Shown piece by piece: positions 63,960 to 64,000 of a stretch of DNA of 64,000 nt. The stretch is from Coniocarpon cinnabarinum. Its lineage: Eukaryota. The position numbers and the translations under genes were made by a program. The notes beneath the pieces were generated by a model. It was not told where the DNA came from, made no database searches, and worked only from the letters and a program-made list of their open reading frames with translations. The DNA lies in contig JAVECO010000110.1 of the NCBI GenBank assembly GCA_051942205.1, positions 1-64,000 of the forward strand. Reading direction: 5' to 3'. Each line of letters starts with the position of its first letter. The first letter of the stretch is position 1.

Positions 63960-64000
63960 CAAAGTAACTTGCACCGAACAGAGTGTAGAAATACAGGTAG

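Overview
Filamentous-ascomycete (Pezizomycotina-type) genomic DNA with spliceosomal introns and RIP (repeat-induced point mutation; excess TpA, CAA/CAG/TGG converted to stops). It has three zones. (1) 1-4753: heavily RIP-mutated Ty3/Gypsy LTR retrotransposon ends nested about six deep. (2) 4754-19770: about ten RIP-damaged non-transposon genes (hypothetical proteins, a secreted HSWVE-motif protein, a BCS1-like AAA ATPase, an HMT1-like heavy-metal ABC transporter) plus a stranded PGS1 first exon. This block ends at a 5S rRNA gene lacking its first ~20 nt. I read this as the likely right-hand boundary of a 5S-targeting Starship-like giant mobile element; no captain (DUF3435 tyrosine recombinase) is recognisable in the window. 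(3) 20.6-64 kb: first an accessory, immunity-like island (SPX-less GDE1-like gene divergent from a helical-N-terminus ankyrin gene, a NACHT pseudogene, two MITEs, a hydrolase-NB-ARC-TPR NLR, a small protein with a HET-s-like amyloid motif), then ordinary genes (MBOAT, PTH11-like, SDR, RBG2, FYV10, BMT5, BRE1, BDP1, GNAT, LDAH, RIT1). Family assignments come from motifs recognised by eye, and exon boundaries are manual estimates.
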